Source: Eledone cirrhosa (lineage: Eukaryota). Taken from it: a stretch of DNA of 64,000 bases. The translations under genes were made by a program, and so were the position numbers. Shown here in pieces: positions 24,001 through 36,000 of this stretch (positions are counted from its first letter, which is position 1; each line of letters begins with the position of its first letter). The stretch is taken from contig OZ024742.1 of the NCBI GenBank assembly GCA_964016885.1, forward strand, positions 323,454,001-323,518,000, given 5' to 3'. Below the pieces are notes generated by a model. It did not search any database and was not told where the DNA came from. It was given only the letters and a program-made list of their open reading frames with translations.

Positions 24001-27000
24001 GGCATATATTGTCGAAAACGCACTCGGCCTTTATAGCCCACCATACCCTCATCGATAGATAAATATCTCCCTGGTTTGTAAACTGTTTTATATGTGTTTT
24101 GAACACAATCAATGAGGGGTCTTATTTTAAATAAGGAATCATAGTTTGGTTCTCCACGTACTGGTGTACTGCTCGTGTCTCTTACATGTAAATACTGCGT
24201 CAATTTTAAAAACCGTGTCCTCGTCATTATACTTGAGACATATTCGTCTCCGAAGGGTTCATCGGTACTCCAGTAATTTGTAATTCTGGGTAGCTTTCTA
24301 ATGCCCATAATAATATTTATGGCAAAATAAGCTCTAATTTCATTTAAGCTTGTGGGAACCACAAACTATCCTTTTTTTTTCCGCTTTGTTTACTTTCAGC
24401 GTAACGGTTTGTTTCCGCCGTAATAATTTCAAACAAGCTCATAGGAAAAAGTAAAAGGAAATAGTCTAAAGCTTTGCTCTCCTGGGATAGACTGTGACTT
24501 GGTCCAGTTTCTTCATAAAAAAAATAAAAAAAAATAAAAAAATAAAAAAATAAAAATCACTGAAAGAAACAGTTTTTAAATTTTTACTCCATTCAGGTGC
24601 CAATTCATTTTCATCGGAGCTCTTGGATTCACTGCTTTCACTTTCAGAAAATGAAACATCGGATTCATTATCAAATACCACGTGCTTTTTTTTTTTCAGT
24701 TATAGAGTTAGATTTTTCAAGATCTTCAGTAGAAAATCCTTCGAATTCTGACTCGCTGCTTGACTGAATGAAATTGGTATCCATTTATTGTCAGAATTAA
24801 AAATTTTCAAAATACAACAGGAACAAATTTGGAAAAAAAATCTCCCAAAATTCACAGAATTAAAAATAACACGTCGATATTTGTCCGAAACTGTAGCTCA
24901 ATTGTTTACGTAGTATAATCACATGTTTTCACGAATGTACTAATGAGATTTGCTCCGATATTCTCATTTAAATATGAATGTGTGAGTACGGGCGGTTTTG
25001 GGCGGCTTGGTCACATGAATCAAAATTTTTTTTCGGGCAGCTTTGGGCGGTTTGGTAATGAAAGGGTTAATTTCTGGTTTATCTAGATTATCTGAGAGGA
25101 GTACTTTTGTAACAATACACATCAGAACTTTTAACCATTCCCAACAGCAACTACAATAACATAAGTCTTTCATTTTATTGTAAACATTTCTTCAGCTTTA
25201 ACTGTTGCTACAACATAAACTTACCATCAGATAATTTCCTCTTCAAGGCTTTTTCTTTTAATTCCTTCTTTGGTTTTTGTTTTATTGTGTTGTTATGGAA
25301 AGCTGATGAAAAAGCAAAAAGAAAATCCAAAGTTAAAAATTGCTCCTACAATAAAATTTCTATAATAAAGACTTTATGTACAAGACTTTTTGTCCACCTG
25401 TCACATTTTTATTAAGAATATATATAAAGTTCATAGCTCAGTGATTAGAGTCACTCCAGGTAGAGCTGCTACTTCTCTGAATTGAGAGATCACAGTTCCA
25501 ATACTATTGGCATGTGGTTAGAATGTCTCCAGAAAGAATCGCTGGACAGATTTTACGGGCGAAACCAACAGGTAGAAGACCCAGGGGTAAACCCTGAGAA
25601 AGATGGTTGGATAACATCCATGAGATTGGCTGGTAACGCTTGGGGATCCCTCCAGATCAGTTGGAGATGGTTGCTTCTGACAGGACTAACTGGAGGGAGT
25701 GTTTGAGGACCCTGCCGCCACAACACTCAAGAATAAGTGGGCGAAAAAAAGAATAATAATATACATCTGCCACATTCAACCTAATGTCACTGCCACACCC
25801 TGTTAAGCCCCACCACACCAGTTGTAGCTCCTCAGTAACCATTCTCATCACCAGTGCCCTAACACTATCTGAAATACCCCCTACATCATTCCATCAAAAC
25901 TCACCACAATTATACCACACTTAATACATCATCCTTCCTTTATGTTTACCTACCCTCACATACCCTTGACATTATACTTATGCCCTCCCACCTCAACCAG
26001 TAGAGGGGGCTTAACTGAGTCAATGACCAACATCCTCTCTAGTGCTGGTGCAATGATAAAACACAACCAGTACACTAAGGTGATTGGAGATAGAAAGGGC
26101 ATCAACTGTAGAAAACTTACCAAACAAAGGGTTAAGCAGATTCTGCAGCTATATCAAAGACACCACAACCTCCCTAGTCCAGGTGCCAGGATTTGATTGC
26201 TTCTCTGGCCCTATAACTGACAATTTATTTCAATAGCTGATCCCTCTATTAGTTCAGTTGGGGGGGGTAATGATAGGCTTCTATTATTTTCACCTGTGAG
26301 ATTCCACTCAAGTTATAGGTCAACCAAAGGCTATACTTGCTGAAGGTGCCATGCAGTGAAACAAAACAGAACCATCTAACTGCAAAGCAAACTTGTTAAC
26401 CACTCAGCCATGTCTGGTGGTAGATTTAATCCATTGCCAGGTTGAATACCACCACCTGCATCTTTGAAGCTTTTAGCAGCGACCACTGTTGCAAGCATTT
26501 GATTCAGGCCATTGATTTGATAACTTTCTCCCCACTCTCACCATTATCCCGAGGTTCTCCCCACTCTAACCACCACCCGAGGTACTCCCCACTCTCACTA
26601 AATGATAAAAAACAACTCACTCTCATTTTCCTCCAATTTTCTTTTACGACTGTCATGCTTTGGGGATTTTTTTCTCTTCTCAGTTGTTAATAATTCCAAA
26701 TGTTCATCACTGGGTAAGTCTGTCAGTGTTGAAATATCTAATCAGAGAAATCACAAAAGATACAAATGTGAAAAGTAAGGATTTACTAACTTTCATGTAA
26801 ACCAAAGAAACAACAATTTACAGTGAGGATGTTAACCCTTTTCCTATCAAACCACCTGAAACCACCCCTGATTTTATGATACAAAACTGCTTCATTTAAC
26901 CCTTTAGCATTTAAAACGGCTGTATCTGACCAGAATTCTCTCACCTCTTTCTGTTCAAACTCGCTGTAACCAGCCGCTCATACTGATGTTAAGGTATTGT

Positions 27001-30000
27001 TCTCAAAATGAATAATATCAAAATCTCATAGATGCAATATTATTTTATGTGAGGTAAAGACTTTACCGTGAAAATATAATAGTATATATAGAGTAATAAA
27101 GGGTTAAAGTGTTTATATTTATCTAAAAGATTTCTCTCGTAATTTTATCTAAAAACTAAGTTATATTCCAAACACCAATTTGATAGTGAAAAAGTTAGTT
27201 ACATAACTAAATTCCTCAAAATTCTCATATTTTCAAAATTATTTGAAAATCATAGGCCAAGTCTTTCATTAGAAATATGGTAGACTTAAAATATAATCAC
27301 TTAACCCTTTAGCATTCACATTGAATTGTCAAATGTCATGTTCATCTATTCGCATTATTTTCACTTAATTATACTCAAGAGAGTTATCAATTTTATTTGT
27401 TTGTAATTACTTTAATTTTCTATGTGCAGACTTGAAATTTTGTCAGTAGATGTTTAAATAACTATAATTTACAATTATATATTTTTACCTGATTTTTTTT
27501 GTTAAATTTGACTTTTATGGGCAGGTGAAATTAATTAACAGGTGTAAAAGTAATAACTTTATGGATAAACACAAAAATTTAAACTTTATCTGCCTTATCT
27601 GTTAGATTTGTTGCAAAAAAAATCCAATAATGACCTAGATGCTGATTTCCATCAAATCTAGCAGTTTTCCGAACAGGTGAATTAAAAATGCAGGTGTAAT
27701 CAGTACAAGGTTTTAGTCTTTCTCTACATTCCAGGCAAATATTTTCATTGAAAAAAATGTATAAAACCTTTTCACCAGTCAAAATAATATTGGCAATGTA
27801 CTCTGTAAATGTATGGTGTAAATTTACGTAACAGAATGTTCCCAATATATAAGTTTATACACACTTTTAAATTTTTCTGACAATATTTCAATTAATGGTC
27901 GTACTTTGTACAGTGGGGCGTAATTTGATTAATTTCTACCAGGGGCATTTGAAGTATCAACCAGATGCAAATACTGGTTTAATTTGATGAATCTCGTTTT
28001 TGCCATAATACTAGATATATAAGGGTCACCAAACCTTATATCAGTACTCCAATAATTCCAGTCGTGGAAATTGTTTAATACCAAACATAATATTTATGGT
28101 AAAAAACGCTTTCATTTCGGCAGAATCTGTCGGACGCCATAACAGAACGGGTTTTCCGATATTATAAATTTGTTGTTGTGCATAGCGATTTGCCACAACT
28201 TCGAAGAAAGTTTGTGGTAAAAATAAAAAATAATAATCCAGTGCTGTAGCATCGGGTGGTAATGTGTGTTGTGGTCCAATATTTTCAGTAAAATCCGAAA
28301 CATGTATCGATGTTTCTTTCAACCACGTTGGTGTTTTTTCAATGGTGTCAGTCAAATCTTCTCTTTCACTTTCAAAGTGACTATCAGATATATCAGAAAT
28401 AAATATATCTGATTCGTTTGAAGATAAATCACTGATATTATCTTCTGTTTCTTTTTGATCTCGAATGTCGTCGGACGTAAAACGTTCAAATTCATTGTCG
28501 CTACTTTCGGAAGCCATGTTACACTTTCAACGTTAAAAACACGTGTTATCGCAAGTTCTTTAACTATACTAAGAGTTAATTTTCGCGCGTAAGGGCTTTA
28601 TCTCGCAGTAATCTCGAATTGACGAGATTTCGATGATGTCAATGTTTATTTTTAGGAGATCTCCGTGTGGTATTAAATGTCGGTTTGAATAAATGAAAGG
28701 GGACATAATCTTGTCGATTTTAAACTCAAGAATAATTGCAATTAAAAAAGTGACAATTATTCTTTTCATGTTAACAGTGTGGTAACGGTGGTGTTTTATT
28801 TTAGTTACACTAAATTTAACCACTGGATGTTGTTTCTACAATTAAGTTCTGAAATAACAATGAAACTTGTTCTATCAGTCAGGATTAGTGAAGAAAGTTG
28901 AAAGGTACAACAAACTAGCTAATTTGAACTAATGAACATTTTATTTGTTTTTTAGCCTCATCTAAGTCCTCCCACACCAGCTCTATGCAGGTTCCCTCCA
29001 GTGTAGACAACTAGCTTGCCCCTGCAGTGTTTAAATGCCCACACATATCTGTCGTATGTAAAAAGAGAGTAAGATTTGCTGGTTACTGCCATCATGCCAC
29101 CTCTGAGGTTGTGCCCCCACTAGTACTTTGGAAACCACAAGCAGTTACTAATCAGTGGGCGCAAGCTCTCTTATACTGATGTCATCTTCAGAGATTCTGG
29201 TTTTGAAATCCAGGACTTGGCAATGGCCATGAATGACAGACCCATGTGGTGATCAATTGTTGAGTCGATTTCGGCTGAGGTCACCGGATGATGATTATGT
29301 CTGTGCTACACAAAAAATGCTGATGCTGCATCATCTCAATTCCCAGGAGACACCATGTAGCTTTCTCACTTGGTGAAGTAGTCTAAACTGACCTATCATC
29401 AAAATGTGTTTGAGGTGTGACCATACCATTTTCCTCTTTTCTGGATAATGTATCAAGGTCTGTATTATACAAAATGTTAAGTCTAGTGGTCACACAGCAG
29501 CTTACTTGTCATTAGACTAGTAATAACTTTATTGCCACTGCGCTTCTTCAAGCTTCAAGAAGAATGAAAGGAATCAACTGGAAGGCGAAACCAATACTCT
29601 AGTTTACAATAATATTTCAAATATTGACAAAATCCAGTATTATCAAACAAATTTATTTAACCCTTCTGATACCAAACTACCCGAGACTGCTAAATAGTTT
29701 ATTTTAAATTGTTTACATTTATCTAAAAAGCTTCCATCACAATTTTATGTATTGAATGTTTGTTAAGTGAAATTTTGAAGAACAGCTTAATGAGAAAATT
29801 ATATTATAATATAGGTTTTTTTTTTGTTGTTTTTTTCTCTCCGAAATTATTTGAAAATCATAGGCTGTATCTTTCATTAGAAATATAGTAATAAAAGGAT
29901 TAAACTTACCATTATTTTCAAACACTTTCGCTATTTCCAACACCTTTTTTCTCTTATTAAGGTGCAATGATTTTCTTTTATTAACTTTGCTATAAAAATC

Positions 30001-33000
30001 TTCTTCTGTTGAATCATCTGATGAGGATAATAAAAATGAGAAAAATCCAACCACAGTAGAGTTAATAATAAAATATACTTAACTCTTAACATCCCATACC
30101 TTATGAAACTGCACTAACAAGACATTGGAAAGTACAGAGGAGGACTATGACTGCATAACATTAAAAATTATAGTAACTACTGCACTTCAAATGTTCACAA
30201 TGATCTATCCACTGGTAAATATATTAAAAACATTTTTAGATATTTTCTGCTAAAAGTTAAATATTATAAATAAACTATAACCAATTATCATATCAAGATG
30301 TTTATATATGGTATCTATATTGCATTTCTGATCCTCATTAAGTTAATTAGCAAAAAAAGGAGTTCAACTGATAGTTAAATATACTAGAGGAATCCTTCTT
30401 ACTCATGAGTATACTTTCTCACTTAAATAGAAAATTGACATTAAACATTTTCATTGTTATACCATAAAAATTGATATTACATACATTAGTTGGTGACAGG
30501 AAGTGTATCCTGCTGCAGAAACTATGCTAAAAAGGATTGAGATGACTTGATAGTTGTGTCAAAGGCATGAGAACCTCTCTAATGTTGATATCACAATAAA
30601 TGCACCCAGCATATCCTGTAAAGTGGTTTGCGATAGGAAAGGCATCCAGCTATAGTAAACCTGCCAAAGTGTTGGGAGGAGTGACTCTTCAGCTGAATCA
30701 AAGACATAACTTTTCTAGAGCAATAAAATGGACTCAACAGAGTGTGGGAACATGTGTAAGTGAGATGCAATTTTATGACAAAACACAGATGATGGTGGTA
30801 GCCACCATCATCAAAAGCATTCCAGCTACGACTATCAGGAACTACATTGTCCAATATATCCTTTATTACCAAATGGAGTTTTATGACAAATCACATGAAT
30901 TGAACTGCAAATGGAATCAGATGTAGTATGCAATAGAAGATTGTGCTGCTATGGACAAAATTGCTTATGGTTGATGACTTGTGTGAAAAGGAAGATGTGA
31001 TAGATGCAGACCAAAGAGAAATCCATCACCATAGGCGGTGAGAGCAGATGTTGATCTTGACAAAGAGAGATGCTGTGCTGTGGAAAATCCATCCAACCCA
31101 TACAAGCATGGAAAAGTGATGGTAGAAATTATAATAGTTATTGTGGGATAATTCTTTTAATTTATACAGGGAGTAAAGTCCATCATACAAAATGCTTCTA
31201 AGAAAATCGGCATTCTTACATATAACCATAAACAAAATGCACTAGACCAAACACTAGTTGTATTCCTTTATGTTCTGGAGCCAAATAACACAATCAATCA
31301 AATTAGTAAAAATTGAATGCACCTCTTATATAAAAAAAAAAATGTACGACTGTTCATTTTATATTCGACTAGCATTAAAGCCCAGCGTTGCTCGGAGTCA
31401 GTAAGTTACCAAAGTTAGGTTGCACCACCCATTTTATGGCAGCACTTTTTTGTCTGCCAGGCACTGGGTGAATGAATTGCAGACCTGGACTGCGGAAGCA
31501 GGAGCTGCGCCAGCAGTGACAATTGTAGTTTCGCCTATGGATATTATCTCTGTGCAAAGAAGTGTTGAAATTTATTGTTTCACAGTACTTGCGCAACACG
31601 CGCGTAGATGATGCCAGCCAAACAACAGAGCTGCGATGGAGTTGTTCTGCATGGTTGTCTAATGCGTTTTCTAAATTTAAGACAGTAGGGAGGGGTGTGA
31701 TACGGGGGAGAGTTAGCTGTTTCTAGCAGATTTAGTGACCTCATAGAGGATATGTGTTTTCTAAATTTAAGACAGTAGGGAGTGGTGTGATATGGGGGGG
31801 GGGGGGGGGGTTAAGTTCTTTGTCATTGAAGTAAATGTTTGACCGTTCCACACTCAAAAACAAACGTTCTCTCTCTCTTCAGCATTCCTAAAGGAAGTTT
31901 GTAAGCATGTATGTTGTTTTATCGAATTTGAAGGGGAGTAGAGAGAGGTAAGCAGATTCTATTAGAGGGGTAAAGCGTCATGTATTTAGTTTTATCGATT
32001 ATTTCCATAATTGTGGGCGAGTTTGAAAGAAATAAATAGTTGTTGACCTAAGTTAGACCATTTACAACATTCTCACAGACTTTGAGTCGAATCGGTTTGA
32101 AATTGTGCAAATGTATAAACATGGAACATGTGCACACACACACAACAACAACAACAACAACCTGCCTTTTATAGATAATTGTTTCTACTTTAGGCACAAG
32201 GCCAGCAATTATCCCAGTGCATTACTGGTACTTTATTTTATCGACCCCGTAAGGATGAAAGGCAAAGTTAACCTAGGCGGGATTTGAACTCAGAATAGCA
32301 AGGGCCGTAACTATGCATCAAAGCATGGCATCCAACCCTACCGATACTGCCAATTCACCGCCTTTTATAGATAATATTACATTCAACATATAAAAAAAAA
32401 AATCATTGAGTTAAGATATTTCTCACCATTAAATTTTTCTTCAGCATCTTTTTCTTTCTTTTCCAATTCAATTTTATCAAACTTGAAAAAAAAAAAAAAA
32501 AAAGTTTTCATAGCTTTTATTGAAGAAAAACAATAGAGATTAACTATTTAGATATTCTTATGCTAATCAAGTAGTATAATTTAGTTGTTTAAAAACTGAC
32601 ACATCAGAACTCCAACCTACACAAGAAATTTATAAAGATGGGTAGATTGGTGGGGGGCAAGTTTCTTGGTATTAATTTGATAAATAAGCTTATATACCTA
32701 TCTATCAAGACAAGTGAAGTAGTAAATGAAGGGTAACCAACTTTAAGAACAATTGGTCAAGTAAAGAAAAAAAAAAGAAAACTCCTTGCCAACAAATTCG
32801 TTATTATTAGGTTAATCCTATCAGCAGCATCTTTCTCTAATAAAAGATACTGCTGGTAATTTCCAAATCATATTAAATAGATTAAAAAATTTGGAAAGAT
32901 TTAGTAATACAGTGAAATTCTGTTATAACAAAAAATTCTTTATAATGAGATCAACTGAAACAAATTGAACATGGTGATTGAAAGAAATTTCGTTATACTG

Positions 33001-36000
33001 AAAAATTCGTTATAAAGGAATTTTACCTGTAAAACTTCTAATTATTTAGCTAGTGTTAGGAAGATAAGATTTTTACATAAAATTGATAAGTTTTTAGATA
33101 AATATAAATAGCTTTGTATTGTAAAACCAGGAGTAGTTCCAAGCAGTTTGGTATCAAAAGGGTTAATGTGCAATTGTAGAAAACAATCATTTATTTATTT
33201 ATTATATTATAAGTATGGTTTTAGTAAATGTAACAGAAAAAAAAAAAAGTAATGCTTACTTCTTGGTTTTTGGATTTACATGTAGTAAGTTGGAAAATAG
33301 GTGAACTAACTTTGTCAGCAGCTTCCACTACAGGTATATTACAGTATGAGTTAGTAGTATTCTCACCAGACGGTTTATCACCTGCATCATTTTTTGATAA
33401 TGTGTCTTTAGTATCAGAGTCTTTAACAGAACTAGATTTTTCAGCAAAAACATCCACAGATTCAGTGTTCTTTGATGGAGTGCCAATGTTATCTCTCAAA
33501 ACTTCATCAATATCACTGTTAGCACCAGATAATTCCACATCCATACTATTTATTGAGCTATCATCGCTATCAAAGATTTTAAAAGATTTTTCTGCCTCAA
33601 GGCTACTTGAACTTTTTTTCTCTTTTACTTGTGTATCACAAATATCATTTTGTACACTCTCATTTATAATTGTAGCTTCTTTGTTAATGATCTTCAATTC
33701 AGGTTTATCTGTTGGACAGACAGGTTGAACAACTGCAGTTTTTTCTTTTTCTGTTGATTCTGACACAGTGAACTGATTAGAATTTTCAGTTAATTTTTCT
33801 AGGCTTAAATTTATTTCTTCAGATTCTAAGACTGGAACACTATTTTTATTATCTAGAGAATCATTTACTTGAGATGGTTTTGTATTAGCCTTTTCTGGGC
33901 TCTTCATGGGAACACCATCCTCTACAAGAACACTATCATTTTTAGGGCTTTCAACAGGGACACTAGCCTTTCCTGAACTTTCAACAGGGACACTAACTTT
34001 TCCTGGGCTTTTGACAGGGACACCAGCCTTTCCTGGACTTTTGACAGGAACACTATCATTTTCTGAACTTTCAACAGAGACACTAACCTTGCCTGGACTT
34101 TTGACGGGGACACTAGCCCTTCTTGGGCTTCTGACACGGGCACTAGCCCTTCTTGGGCTTTTGACGGGGACACTATCATTTTCAGAACTTTCAACGGGGA
34201 CACTAGCCTTTCCTGGGCTTTTGATGGGGACATCATCCTTTCCTGAACTTTCAACGGGGACACTATCATTTTCTGTACTTTCAACAGGGACACTAACTTT
34301 TCCTGGGCTTTTGACAGGGACACCAGCCTTTCCTGGACTTTTGACAGGAACACTATCATTTTCTGAACTTTCAACAGAGACACTAACCTTGCCTGGACTT
34401 TTGACGGGGACACTAGCCCTTCTTGGGCTTCTGACACGGGCACTAGCCCTTCTTGGGCTTTTGACGGGGACACTATCATTTTCAGAACTTTCAACGGGGA
34501 CACTAGCCTTTCCTGTGGTTTCAATGGGGACACTAGCCTTTCCTGGGCTTTTGATGGGGACATCATCCTTTCCTGAACTTTTGACGGGGACACTAGCCTT
34601 TCCTGTGGTTTCAATGGGGACACTAGTCTTTCCAGGGCTTTTGACGGGGACACTATCATTTTCAGAACTTTCAACGGGGACACTAGCCTTTCTTGTGGTT
34701 TCAATGGAGATACTATCCTTTTCTGAACTTTCAACGGGGGCACTAGCCTCTCCTGGGCTTTCGACCAGGACACTAGCCTTTCTTGGGCTTTTGACAGGGA
34801 CACTAGCCTTTCCTGGGCTTTCAACAGGGACACTAGCCTTTTCTGAACTTTCAACGAGGACACTAGCCTTTCCTGGGCTTTCGACAGGGACACTAGCCTT
34901 TCTTAGGCTTTTCACGGGGAGACTAGCTTTTTCAGAAGTTTCAACAAGTACACTAGCTCTTCTCAAGTTTTTAGGAGTGATATTAGTGTTTTCTGAAGTA
35001 TTTATAACTGATTTTCGACTTGACCGCCTTCGTGTACAAATCTCTTTTGATAAAGATTCTACATCCTTGAGGTTATCAACTTCAGTCACACCAGTATCTT
35101 TAGTATTTTGAACTAGAGGAATATCTTCCTCCTGCTTTGGTTCCATTTCAATTACGTCACTTTTATTTTCTGGTACTTCATCATTTTGTGTCAGTTCCCC
35201 AGAATCTAAATCTAAAACAATATTTTCATTATCTGGACATTGTGAAATTTCAGCCAGTTTAGTTGACCTTCTTGGACATTTTATATTACTTTTAGTTTCT
35301 GAACTTTTTATAGCTGATTTTCGAGTTGACCTTTTAATATCTACTTTTTTACTTGTGGATTGAGCACTTGGAAGTATATCAACCTTATTTATGTCTGAAT
35401 CTTCAGCCATTTTAACTGGAGAAAGGACATTTGTCTCTTGTTCAGGTTTCAATACCGTCACCTGATCTGCACTTTCAGATACATTATTTTCTGTTTGCGC
35501 TTCCTCAGGATTTAAAGCTGAATCAATATTTTCCACATTTTCATCTACTGAAACCATGACACGATGCACTTGCTTACCGACCTTCAGCAAATCTTTAGAA
35601 GACTTAGAAACGTTTTTTGAAGCTGATTTACATGTTGATCGCCTTTGAGAAATGTCTTTTTTTGCTGGGGTTTCTTTAGTTTGAAGGCTAGTCATATTAG
35701 CTTTAGAGGATCTTGTCTTTCGAGCTGGTGGGTCAATTATAGAGTCTCCATCTTTCATTTCTGATCCAGTTATTTGGCTCATATTTTCCAACTTTTTAGG
35801 AGAATCTGTATTTTCTAATATATTAGACATTTCCTTTATAACCACACCAGTTCTTCTACGAAGAGTTCTTGGAGCAGTTACCTCTGTAACAGAATTTGAT
35901 AATTCACAGGGATCATTGCTAGATTTTGTCTTTGAACCAATTTTTTTATCTTCAGATTTCATACTTATCTTTTTAGTGGTTAATTTGGTAAATTCAGCTC

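Noticed and set aside
23120-24783. Domesticated PGBD gene or host-transposase fusion
   Set aside because: Multiple frameshifts and stops, with TIRs and TSDs still present
33900-34970. CRISPR-like regular ~30-nt periodicity
   Set aside because: Contiguous tandem units without unique spacers, inside a eukaryotic exon; no cas genes
33906-35111. 401-aa hydrophobic + strand ORF and 323-aa alternative-frame ORF
   Set aside because: Shadow frames of the 30-bp coding repeat; they end at the repeat edges and show no independent gene structure
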